NCBI GenBank assembly: GCA_964520885.1
Contig: CAZFQD010000007.1
Span: 6,194-30,193 of the forward strand
From: an uncultured Oscillospiraceae bacterium
GTDB taxonomy: Bacteria > Bacillota > Clostridia > Oscillospirales > SIG519
Direction of reading: 5' to 3'
Length of the DNA: 24,000 nucleotides
Shown: positions 8,928 through 16,724 of the stretch, one piece after another
Layout: each line of letters opens with the position of its first letter
How positions within the stretch are numbered: position 1 is the first letter of the stretch
Made by a program: the position numbers and the translations under genes
The notes under the pieces: generated by a model
The model's database searches: none
The model's input: only the letters and a program-made list of their open reading frames with translations
What the model was told of the DNA's origin: nothing

Positions 8928-9491
8928 TTAATTTTTTTTATCCATAAAAGCTTTTTTTATACTTATAGCTTTAATAGTGAAATAAACTATAACAAAAATA
9001 AAAGAATGAATTAATACATCGCCAATACTCAAAATACTAAAGCCAACATCAATATAATCTGTTAAATAAACTAATTTAGTATTTTCGTTTACTAATATAT
9101 GTAGTGCATCGCTACCTTTTTCAATAGCACCCACTTTATAGTAACCGGTTAACTTAGATAGAGTTGGATAAATTGGCATCTTACCATCATTAAAAAATAT
9201 AACAATTTTATTTAGTATGGTTCCGAGAAAAACCAAACCAGAACCAGCAATAGCGGGAACATAAAGCTTATACAATAATATCGGGAGAATTAAGACATAC
9301 ATATATGCACTTTTAATATAACCAGCATACTGCAAAAAATAATAATTGCCCATAAAAGTATTAACTTGAAAGAAAATATATGTCGCCTCAACTAAAAACA
9401 AGGGGTATAGAGAAAAAGTTTTAAATGCAAGGAGTAATTTATAACCTTTAATTTTTGCTAAAATAAAAGCAAATAATATTGAAATAATCAT
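8928..9491 (-). CDS. Hypothetical multipass membrane protein, reminiscent of the DUF5317 family
   Basis: 187-aa hydrophobic ORF with two conserved-looking polar patches, FFNDGKMPIYP and SILSIGDVLIH. From memory, DUF5317 proteins are about 180-200 aa Firmicute membrane proteins with similar NGGxMP and SxGD patches. I have not verified this assignment. It is the first gene of the apparent operon. Confidence 0.55.
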   Translation of the reverse strand: MIISILFAFILAKIKGYKLLLAFKTFSLYPLFLVEATYIFFQVNTFMGNYYFLQYAGYIKSAYMYVLILPILLYKLYVPAIAGSGLVFLGTILNKIVIFFNDGKMPIYPTLSKLTGYYKVGAIEKGSDALHILVNENTKLVYLTDYIDVGFSILSIGDVLIHSFIFVIVYFTIKAISIKKAFMDKKN

Positions 9492-9546
9492 ATTTTCTCC
9501 ACAAAAAAAAATTAATGCTAAAAAATATTAATATTTATTTTTTGTT

Positions 9547-9575
9547 ATTATAACATTATAATTAATATAAAGCAA
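9547..9575 (-). promoter_or_regulatory. Candidate sigma-A promoter for the membrane-protein/agrBD operon
   Basis: On the minus strand: TTGCTT (-35; plus strand 9570-9575), a 17-nt spacer, then TATAAT (-10; plus strand 9547-9552). This would leave a 5' UTR of roughly 50 nt before the ATG at 9491. The background is very AT-rich, so chance matches are common. Confidence 0.3.
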
Positions 9576-9643
9576 TAGTTTTTTGAAAAATTTGTCAACT
9601 TCATCAATTTCATTATAAATAGTTTTAATGCTTTTAGCAACTT

Positions 9644-10831
9644 TTATGATAAATTATCGTTTTCTCTTACAATGTCAAGCAGTGTAGCCCTTTTATTTAA
9701 TTTTGGGTTTATCAAAACTAAGTTAAAAAGCTCGTTTATTTTGCTTCCGATTTGTTTTCCTTCAAAGCCCAAACCAATTAAATCATCACCGTTTACGGCT
9801 AATTGTCGTTTGCTAATACAATCTTCATTTTTAATAATCTTATCAATTATTTGCATTTTAATTATATAATCCTCATTAAACAACACTTTTTTTGCATATA
9901 ATGAAACCTTCACAGCATCTATTCCATAAAATGCTAATGCTTTTCTAATTTCAATTTCATTTGAAAGTTCATCTTTCATAGCTTTCAAAAAATTATTTAA
10001 CTTTTTTAATACTTTTTTTTCGTATTTTAGTGCATTTAGAGAGTTTCTTATTTCAACCTCATCATTTTCATAAATATAATACTGTAAAGTTAAGAGCCTT
10101 GACAGTTTATTTGGAATAGCATTTAAATTTGGAAAATTTGTTGTTTTAATTAAAAAAAAGCGACTTAGAATGCCAAGTTCAACTAATTCTTTAATAATAT
10201 TAGGGTTAGTGCTTGATAATATTAAATCAAGTTCTATCTTTATTCTCTCTGTGCTAATATTTTTCAATAAGAATGCACACTCACAAGCAGCTTTCTTAGT
10301 TTTTTGTTCAATTTCAAAACCTAATTTTGCACTTAATCTAAATGCTCGCAAAATTCTAAGTGCATCCTCTGAAAATCGCTCTTTTGCATTTCCAACAGTT
10401 CTAATAACCTTGTTATCTATATCTGAAATTCCTCTAAAATAATCAATTAATCCACTTCTCTCGCTATAGGCTAAAGCATTAATTGTAAAATCTCTTCTTT
10501 TTAAGTCTTCCACAATGCTATTTGTATATATCACTTCTTTTGGATGACGATTATTTTCATATTCTAAATCCTTACGAAAAGTTGTAATTTGGCAAAAATT
10601 ATTATCAATTTTTACTGTTACAGTCCCGTATTTTATTCCTGTATCAAAACTTTTTTTAAATAATGCTTTTATGTTTTCAGTTGTTGCATTGGTAGTTATG
10701 TCCCAATCCTTTGGAACTATGCCCAATAAACTATCTCTTATACAACCTCCTACTGCATAAGCCTCAAAATTAGCTCTATTTAATGTTTTTATTATTTGTT
10801 CTACGAATAAAGGTAAAACGATATTATTCAT
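9644..10831 (-). CDS. cca: CCA-adding tRNA nucleotidyltransferase (poly(A) polymerase family)
   Basis: 395-aa ORF with the N-terminal class II nucleotidyltransferase head GGCIRDSLLG...DWDI and the RRDFTINA motif. Confidence 0.85.
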   Translation of the reverse strand: MNNIVLPLFVEQIIKTLNRANFEAYAVGGCIRDSLLGIVPKDWDITTNATTENIKALFKKSFDTGIKYGTVTVKIDNNFCQITTFRKDLEYENNRHPKEVIYTNSIVEDLKRRDFTINALAYSERSGLIDYFRGISDIDNKVIRTVGNAKERFSEDALRILRAFRLSAKLGFEIEQKTKKAACECAFLLKNISTERIKIELDLILSSTNPNIIKELVELGILSRFFLIKTTNFPNLNAIPNKLSRLLTLQYYIYENDEVEIRNSLNALKYEKKVLKKLNNFLKAMKDELSNEIEIRKALAFYGIDAVKVSLYAKKVLFNEDYIIKMQIIDKIIKNEDCISKRQLAVNGDDLIGLGFEGKQIGSKINELFNLVLINPKLNKRATLLDIVRENDNLS

Positions 10832-10833
10832 TT

Positions 10834-11697
10834 CTAACCTCTAAAAGGTATTGAGGACGAAGCACCTACTTTTGAAACACAAATTGCCGATGCCTTTGAA
10901 GCCTCTAACAATATTTCTTTTATTTTCACACCCTGTGAATACAAAGTTAAAAAATATCCCGTAAATGTATCTCCTGCCGCCGTGGTGTCCACTACCTTAG
11001 CATCAATTGCTTGTTGTTCTATTGTTTTGTCTTTATCCTTATATAAAACTCCATCTTTACCAAGAGTTAAAATGATTTTAGTATTTGGATATTTTTTTAT
11101 TAATTCGTTTACTATATCACAAGGTTTAGTATAGCCACTTAATTCCTTACCCTCTATTTCATTTATAAAAAGCATTGAAATATTTTCAAATTTTATGTCC
11201 CGCAAATTTTCTTTTATTGGCGAAGGATTAAATGCTATTTCCATTCCGATACTACTTGCTTTTTCTATAATATAAGGTAATGAGCTTATTTCATTTTGCA
11301 AAAGTAAAATATCATCTTTTGCAAAATTTGCTAATACTTTATCAATATCATTTTCGCTAATATCTAAATTTGCTCCCCCAAAAAGCACAATTGAATTTTG
11401 ACCGTTTTTATCAACTTGAATAATTGCATTTCCACTTTTGCCATCATTAATTAAAATAAAATCAGTATTTATCTTATCTTTTTTAAGTGCATCAATTAAA
11501 ACGCTCCCATCTTGCCCCACTTTTCCTGCATGATAGACAAGCCCTCCTGCTCGTGCTATTGCAATAGATTGATTTAAACCCTTTCCACCACAAAAGGTAT
11601 TTAAACTATTTGAGGAAATAGTTTCTCCTTCTTTTACAATATGCTCTACTTTATAAACAAAATCAATATTTAAGGAGCCAAAATTTAATATTTTCAT
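10834..11697 (-). CDS. rbsK: Ribokinase (PfkB family sugar kinase)
   Basis: 287-aa ORF. It has GGKGLNQSIAIARAG (the ribokinase GGKGxNQ signature) and a C-terminal DTTAAGDTFTG anion-hole/catalytic Asp motif. The start overlaps the cobO stop by 1 nt (TAATG). Confidence 0.8.
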   Translation of the reverse strand: MKILNFGSLNIDFVYKVEHIVKEGETISSNSLNTFCGGKGLNQSIAIARAGGLVYHAGKVGQDGSVLIDALKKDKINTDFILINDGKSGNAIIQVDKNGQNSIVLFGGANLDISENDIDKVLANFAKDDILLLQNEISSLPYIIEKASSIGMEIAFNPSPIKENLRDIKFENISMLFINEIEGKELSGYTKPCDIVNELIKKYPNTKIILTLGKDGVLYKDKDKTIEQQAIDAKVVDTTAAGDTFTGYFLTLYSQGVKIKEILLEASKASAICVSKVGASSSIPFRG

Positions 11698-12227
11698 TAT
11701 AATTCAATTCCCTTTCTTGCTTTTATTCCTTTATCGTATGGATGTTTTTTACTATTAAAATGTGTTAAATAGTCTGCAATTTCATTTAGTTCTATTGTTT
11801 CAGTATGACCGGTAATAACAATTTCAAGATTTTTCGGCTTTTCTTTTATTAACTTGACAATTTCATTTTTTTTCAAAATTCCTAATTCAATCGCATCTAA
11901 AAGTTCATCTAAAATCAATACATCAAAGTTTTGATTTATCGCATTATTTATTGCACTAATAAATAAACTATATGTGTTATTTTTTGTTTTAGTTTTTTCA
12001 TTTTCTGTCATTAAGTGAAAAAAATTATTATTAGGCTCTGCCTCTAAAATAACAAGATTTTTTTTAATTTCCCTTAATATTTTCAGTTCTGAAGAATTAT
12101 TATCCTTTAAAAATTGAACAAATAGAACCTTTAAATCTGCTCCCAATGCTCTAATACACAATCCAATTGCAGATGATGTTTTGCCCTTGCCATTGCCATA
12201 ATAAATATGAATTAACCCATTTTGCAT
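11697..12227 (-). CDS. cobO: Cob(I)yrinic acid a,c-diamide / cob(I)alamin adenosyltransferase (CobA/CobO/BtuR family)
   Basis: 176-aa ORF. It has the P-loop YYGNGKGKTSSAIG and the LDE...G....E motif pattern typical of the CobA/CobO family. The size also fits. Confidence 0.8.
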   Translation of the reverse strand: MQNGLIHIYYGNGKGKTSSAIGLCIRALGADLKVLFVQFLKDNNSSELKILREIKKNLVILEAEPNNNFFHLMTENEKTKTKNNTYSLFISAINNAINQNFDVLILDELLDAIELGILKKNEIVKLIKEKPKNLEIVITGHTETIELNEIADYLTHFNSKKHPYDKGIKARKGIEL

Positions 12228-12288
12228 TTATTTTTCCTCCAATAAGTTTTAAAACTTGAATTTTACGCATAAAATATACTAATAATTA

Positions 12289-12774
12289 ATGAAAGCTGGT
12301 GTATTTATGTTTGCAAATATCAAAATCAAGCCCTTACTTATTTCTATTGGTCTGGCACTTTTGGCAGGTATTGTCAGCTGTTTACTTGGCAATTCTTCAA
12401 GTGGTTATGAAGAATTAATTAGGCCTTCATTTGCTCCTGATGGAATAGTTTTCCCAATAGTTTGGATTATTCTATATATTCTAATGGGTATTTCTGCTTA
12501 TTTTATTTATTGTCAGCAGAGTTGTAAATCTAAAAATGCTTTAATTTTTTATTTTGTTCAATTGATAGTAAATTCTTTATGGACTTTTTTCTTTTTTGGA
12601 CTACAAATGTATTTATTTGGATTTTGGTGGATAATTCTTTTAATTGTTTTAGTTTCAATTACAATGTTTCTATTCTATAAAATTAAGCCATTTTCAGCTT
12701 ATTTACTTATTCCGTATTTGATTTGGCTTATATTTGCCGCTGTTTTAAATTACAACATTTATTTGCTTAACTAA
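12289..12774 (+). CDS. tspO: TspO/MBR family tryptophan-rich sensory protein
   Basis: 161-aa five-helix membrane ORF, Trp-rich, with PSFAPDGIVFPIVWIILYILMGISAY and a C-terminal YLIWLIFAAVLNY pattern typical of TspO. The start may be the second ATG at 12307. Confidence 0.8.
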   Translation: MKAGVFMFANIKIKPLLISIGLALLAGIVSCLLGNSSSGYEELIRPSFAPDGIVFPIVWIILYILMGISAYFIYCQQSCKSKNALIFYFVQLIVNSLWTFFFFGLQMYLFGFWWIILLIVLVSITMFLFYKIKPFSAYLLIPYLIWLIFAAVLNYNIYLLN

Positions 12775-13387
12775 AATATTTCTCATCAATAACTTTTGTT
12801 TGCGTTTTTCCATTGGTAATATTCATTATATTATCTATTAATTGTTTTGTATCTTTCTTTTTTATTGCAAAGGTTATTTTAACATTATTTAAAAATTCAC
12901 TATTTATAATTTTGGCTTCTTTTTTTAATAGTTCTATATTAACTTTATCATAAAAAGAATACTCGCATTCTAAAATTATTATATCACAAAGTCGCATTGT
13001 AATAATGCGGCTTTTTTTTATTGCTAATGAAGCGGTCCCACTATAAGCCCTCACTAAGCCTCCGGTTCCAAGCAAAGTGCCTCCAAAATATCTTGTTACT
13101 ACAACACATATATCTGTTATCTGTTCTTTTTTTATTGTTTCAAGTATTGGCAATCCTGCTGTTCCCTGAGGCTCGCCTGCATCTGAATATCTTTGCTTAT
13201 TATCTTGCCTTATATTATAAGCATAAACATTATGGCTTGCTTCTTTGTTCTTTTCTTTAATGCTATTTATAAAAGCTATTGCCTCATCTTCTGTCTTAAC
13301 AGGTGAGCAATAACCTATGAATTTTGATTTTTTTTCTATTAATTCAGATTCTGAATATTCATTAATGGTTTTGTAATTCATTTTCAT
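12767..13387 (-). CDS. yigZ: YigZ / IMPACT family (UPF0029) protein
   Basis: 206-aa ORF. It has KSKFIGY...HNVYAY...SDAGEPQGTAGLPIL...VVVTRYFGGTLLGTGGL, the characteristic IMPACT N-terminal domain motifs. Confidence 0.8.
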   Translation of the reverse strand: MKMNYKTINEYSESELIEKKSKFIGYCSPVKTEDEAIAFINSIKEKNKEASHNVYAYNIRQDNKQRYSDAGEPQGTAGLPILETIKKEQITDICVVVTRYFGGTLLGTGGLVRAYSGTASLAIKKSRIITMRLCDIIILECEYSFYDKVNIELLKKEAKIINSEFLNNVKITFAIKKKDTKQLIDNIMNITNGKTQTKVIDEKYFS

Positions 13388-13400
13388 TTCCCCATTCGTC

Positions 13401-13432
13401 TCATTTTGAGATTCTTCGCAAGCTCAGAATGA
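13401..13432. repeat. Imperfect inverted repeat / hairpin (TCATTTTGAG-N12-CTCAGAATGA)
   Basis: Read directly: 13401-13410 pairs with 13423-13432. One position is a T-G pairing, which is a wobble only in plus-strand RNA. CAATTTTGTT follows on the plus strand. Confidence 0.5.
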
Positions 13433-13440
13433 CAATTTTG

Positions 13441-13468
13441 TTCCTAACTCCTAATTCCTCGTTCCAAA
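13441..13468. repeat. Four tandem heptads TTCCTAA/CTCCTAA/TTCCTCG/TTCCAAA (four GGA/AGGAG-like motifs on the minus strand)
   Basis: Read directly from the sequence. It is non-coding and lies between the yigZ start and the polymerase remnant. Confidence 0.5.
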
Positions 13469-13556
13469 ACAGCAAGAGCAAAGCCCTTACTCTACTTTTT
13501 TAATTGTTAATATTATATATTAATTTATTTAATTTGTCTATTATTTTTCCTGTTAA

Positions 13557-13700
13557 AAGCTTAGAAAATTAGATTTAGCGACAGATAAGGTTAGAAAAAA
13601 ATATGGCAAGGAGGTAATAACAAGAGCAACAATTATGAATTATAATAGAGGTAATGTCCCCTTTAACGAGGAAATTAGGGGGATGACAACAGGGTTTTGA
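13557..13700 (+). pseudogene. C-terminal remnant (47 codons) of a Y-family DNA polymerase (DinB/ImpB-like)
   Basis: The plus-strand frame reads KLRKLDLATDKVRKKYGKEVITRATIMNYNRGNVPFNEEIRGMTTGF*. The LDxAxDKxRxKYGxxxIxRAxxx pattern is the usual extreme C-terminus of DinB-type polymerases. An in-frame TAA sits immediately upstream (13554-13556) and no N-terminal part is present. Confidence 0.45.
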
Positions 13701-13709
13701 AACATAAAT

Positions 13710-14027
13710 TTACAAAAGCCACTCGTAATTTTGCCTGCAATCTAAAATATAATCTATAAATACTGTATCTTTTTTAATCTGATAAATAAGTAAATACCGC
13801 TTTGATACAAGTGCTTTACGATATTTTTTTATTGGTAATGCTGTATCATATAAATAACTGAATCTTTCAGGCATTGTTTGTAAACTTTTTGCACTTAAAA
13901 TTATTTCCTTTCTCAATTCGTCAGCAACTTTAATACTAACCTGTGCTAAAAATCTAATATGAGACACAAGCATTTCGGAAGCTACATCAGAAATTATAAC
14001 TTTATATTCGTTGGTTTTTTTGTCCAT
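13710..14027 (-). CDS. Type II toxin, RelE/ParE superfamily
   Basis: 105-aa ORF whose start overlaps the upstream antitoxin gene by 26 nt, with GGAGG 7 nt upstream of the ATG. The size, basic character and the pattern ...FSYLYD...YRKALVSKRYLLIYQIKKDTVFIDYILDCRQ fit ParE/RelE-like toxins. Confidence 0.75.
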   Translation of the reverse strand: MDKKTNEYKVIISDVASEMLVSHIRFLAQVSIKVADELRKEIILSAKSLQTMPERFSYLYDTALPIKKYRKALVSKRYLLIYQIKKDTVFIDYILDCRQNYEWLL

Positions 14028-14295
14028 TATTAACCTCCGAAATTACATTCTTTAGCATAGTGTCAAGTTGGGGAATTGTATTGCCAACTTTTCCCGCAAT
14101 TCTATCCTCCTCGGCTAAAATTAAATTCTCTCTAAGTTTTAGCATTGTTTCACGACGAGAAAAGGCTACAATATCCATTACAACCAAATCTCCCTCACCG
14201 TTTTTTGTTAAATAAATCGGTTCGCCTGTTATTTTACACAAATTAGAAATCTCATTGTAATTATTACGAATTGATGCTGATGGCTTAATATTCAT
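14002..14295 (-). CDS. Type II antitoxin, Phd/YefM family
   Basis: 97-aa ORF. The N-terminus MNIKPSASIRNNYNEISNLCKITGEPIYLTKNGEGDLVVMDI is the classic Phd/YefM fold signature. It is the first gene of a two-gene overlapping cassette. Confidence 0.8.
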   Translation of the reverse strand: MNIKPSASIRNNYNEISNLCKITGEPIYLTKNGEGDLVVMDIVAFSRRETMLKLRENLILAEEDRIAGKVGNTIPQLDTMLKNVISEVNNGQKNQRI

Positions 14296-14342
14296 TATTA
14301 TTCATTCCCCTCATAGTAATATTATATGATTATTATACCTAT

Positions 14343-14371
14343 ATTCTACTATCTATATTCATAAATGTCAA
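14343..14371 (-). promoter_or_regulatory. Candidate sigma-A promoter of the toxin-antitoxin cassette
   Basis: On the minus strand: consensus TTGACA (plus strand 14366-14371), a 17-nt spacer, then TAGAAT (plus strand 14343-14348). It lies about 50 nt upstream of the antitoxin ATG. Confidence 0.45.
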
Positions 14372-14373
14372 GC

Positions 14374-14407
14374 AAAAACCGCCTCATAATTGAAGCGGTT
14401 TTATTTT
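14374..14407 (-). terminator. Rho-independent (potentially bidirectional) terminator downstream of glnN
   Basis: The stem AAAACCGC (14375-14382) pairs with GCGGTTTT (14395-14402) around a 12-nt loop. T-tracts follow on both strands. It starts about 10 nt after the glnN stop. Confidence 0.7.
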
Positions 14408-14416
14408 ACTTTAAAA

Positions 14417-16519
14417 CTAAATATTAAACAATAACTCTGAATATGTTGGAAATGGCCAATATTCTTGTCCTACAATTGCTTCAAGTTTATCCGCATCTGC
14501 TCTTAACGCTTCCATAACTGGAATAACTAACTTGTGGAAACTTTCTGCTTGATTATGAGCAGAGGTTTCAGAATTTGCTTTATCAACTACCTTTTCTAAT
14601 GCAGAAATATTTTTGTTCAAAGAAGATAAATTTGCAGAAATTTCTTTCAAAAGTTCAGTTTGAGCTGAAACATCAACTGTAAAGGTAGTAGCCTTTATAG
14701 AGTTAATTGTATCCGCTACCATTTTGCTAAAAGAAACAACGGCCGGTAAAATCTCTCTTTTTGCCATTTGCAACATTGTAAGAGCTTCAATATTAATTGT
14801 TTTTGAATATTTTTCATATTGGATTTCGTATCTTGCTTCAATTTCTAATTTTGAAAAAACTCCTTGATTTATAAATACTTTTATATTCTTATCCTCAATC
14901 ATTGTTGGAATACATTCAATTGTTGACTTTAAATTTGACAACTCTCTTTTTTTAGCTTCTTCAACCCACTCATCAGAATAATTATTACCATTAAATATAA
15001 TTCGTTTATGCTTTTTAACGGTTTCTTTTAATAAAAGAGCTAATTCAGCATTAAAATCCTTTGCTTTTTCTAATCTATTAGCAAAACCTTCTAAAACTTC
15101 AGCTACAATAGTATTAATTACATAATTTGCTTTTGCAATTGAAGCAGAAGAACCTACCATTCTAAATTCAAATTTATTGCCTGTAAATGCAAATGGGGAA
15201 GTTCTGTTTCTATCTGTTGTATCCTTTGAAAAATTGGGTAGACTTGTTACATTAATTTCTATTTTTTTTCTAACATTATTGTTTTGTGCTTTTCCGTTTT
15301 CAAGTTGTAATAAAATATCTGTCAATTGGTCACCTAAGAATATTGAAACAATTGCAGGTGGTGCTTCATTTGCACCTAATCTATGGTCGTTACCCGGACT
15401 TGCAATAGACCATCTAAGTAAATCTGCATAATCGTCAACAGCTTTAATAGTAGCAACTAAGAATAATAAAAACTGTGCATTATCGTGAGGGGTTTTGCCT
15501 GGATTTAAAAGATTTTTACCATCATTTGTGTTCATTCCCCAGTTATTATGCTTGCCGGAGCCATTAACACCATCAAATGGCTTTTCGTGAAGAAGACAAA
15601 CCATTCCCCTTCTAAGAGCAATTTTCTTCATAATTTCCATAACTAATTGGTTATGGTCAGTTGCTAAATTTGAAGAATTAAAAACTGTGGCTAATTCATG
15701 TTGTGCAGGAGCAACCTCATTATGCCTTGTTTTTGCCGCAACACCTAATTTCCAAAGTTCCACATCCAATTCCTTCATATATTCTGAAACTCTGTCTTTT
15801 ATATTACCAAAATAATGATCTTCTAATTCTTGTCCTTTTGGAGGCTTTGCTCCAAATAATGTTCTGCCGGTAAATATTAAATCCTTTCTCTTTTCATGCA
15901 ATGTCTTATCAATTAAAAAATACTCCTGTTCTACTCCAACATTTGAAATTACCCTTGTTGCAGTATCATTTCCAAATAATCTTAATATTCTAAGTGCTTG
16001 CTTATTTAACGCTTCCATTGAGCAAAGCAAAGGAGTTTTCTTATCTAAAGTTTCGCCGGTATATGAACAAAATGCTGTTGGAATGCAAAGTGAACCATCC
16101 TTAACAAAAGCAGGAGATGTGCAATCCCAAACTGTATAACCTCTTGCTTCAAAGGTCGCTCTTAAACCACCGGAAGGAAATGAAGATGCATCAGGCTCTC
16201 CTTTAACTAAATCCTTACCCGAAAATTCCATTATTACCTTTCCGTCTGCTGTAGGCGAAATAAAGGAATCGTGCTTTTCTGCCGTTATTCCTGTTAATGG
16301 CTGAAACCAATGTGTATAATGAGTTGCTCCTTTTTCCAATGCCCAATCCTTCATTTCATTTGCAACAACTTCAGCTATACTTCCATCTAAAGGCAATCCA
16401 TTGTCAATAGTATTCCTAAGCAACTTATAAGTAGCCATAGGTAATCTTTCGTTCATAACTGAATCATTAAAAACGCTACTTCCAAATATTGATGATATAT
16501 TATCTATAGTGCTTTCCAT
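14417..16519 (-). CDS. glnN: Glutamine synthetase, type III
   Basis: 700-aa ORF, the GSIII size class. The N-terminal [23 protein letters not shown] region and the central [10 protein letters not shown] and EVAPAQHE motifs are characteristic of GSIII/GlnN. Confidence 0.9.
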   Translation of the reverse strand: MESTIDNISSIFGSSVFNDSVMNERLPMATYKLLRNTIDNGLPLDGSIAEVVANEMKDWALEKGATHYTHWFQPLTGITAEKHDSFISPTADGKVIMEFSGKDLVKGEPDASSFPSGGLRATFEARGYTVWDCTSPAFVKDGSLCIPTAFCSYTGETLDKKTPLLCSMEALNKQALRILRLFGNDTATRVISNVGVEQEYFLIDKTLHEKRKDLIFTGRTLFGAKPPKGQELEDHYFGNIKDRVSEYMKELDVELWKLGVAAKTRHNEVAPAQHELATVFNSSNLATDHNQLVMEIMKKIALRRGMVCLLHEKPFDGVNGSGKHNNWGMNTNDGKNLLNPGKTPHDNAQFLLFLVATIKAVDDYADLLRWSIASPGNDHRLGANEAPPAIVSIFLGDQLTDILLQLENGKAQNNNVRKKIEINVTSLPNFSKDTTDRNRTSPFAFTGNKFEFRMVGSSASIAKANYVINTIVAEVLEGFANRLEKAKDFNAELALLLKETVKKHKRIIFNGNNYSDEWVEEAKKRELSNLKSTIECIPTMIEDKNIKVFINQGVFSKLEIEARYEIQYEKYSKTINIEALTMLQMAKREILPAVVSFSKMVADTINSIKATTFTVDVSAQTELLKEISANLSSLNKNISALEKVVDKANSETSAHNQAESFHKLVIPVMEALRADADKLEAIVGQEYWPFPTYSELLFNI

Positions 16520-16708
16520 TTTTGTTCCTCCATAAAAATATTTAAATTTAATCTATTTTATGTATTAATGCAAACAAATTATTTATAAATCCAATTTTTC
16601 TAAATTAATATATTAATAGTAGTATTATAATACACATTCCAATATAATTGCAAGTTTTTTTATATAAATTTCAAAAATTTGTTTTAATGATAAAAATTAA
16701 AATTCAAT

Positions 16709-16724
16709 TGTGAGATTTATCACA
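16709..16724. promoter_or_regulatory. Perfect palindrome TGTGA-N6-TCACA in the divergent glnN/amtB control region (candidate operator)
   Basis: Read directly: TGTGAGATTTATCACA. Its right half overlaps a possible -35 (ATCACA), which is separated by 17 nt from TATAAT at 16742-16747 on the plus strand. Confidence 0.4.

Noticed and set aside
12767-12774. 8-nt overlap of the convergent tspO and yigZ 3' ends, with no terminator between them.
   Set aside because: Short convergent overlaps are common in compact genomes, and I see nothing further of interest in the sequence.
13429-13503. A 24-codon plus-strand ORF (MTILFLTPNSSFQNSKSKALTLLF) in the yigZ-upstream spacer.
   Set aside because: It has no Shine-Dalgarno sequence and runs across the heptad repeat, so its sequence is dictated by that repeat. 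It is most likely non-coding.
13657-13683. GC-rich hairpin (TCCCC...GGGGA) downstream of the toxin gene, considered as a possible terminator.
   Set aside because: The stem is only 5-6 bp with a ~15-nt loop, and no U-tract follows on either strand. It also lies inside the polymerase remnant reading frame.
16709-16724. Calling the palindrome a bona fide TnrA/GlnR box or a class II CRP activator site.
   Set aside because: The spacer is N6, not the N7 of TnrA/GlnR boxes. The centre is 25.5 bp from the first base of the candidate -10 hexamer, whereas a class II (-41.5) site would be about 29.5 bp away. It is kept only as an unassigned candidate operator.
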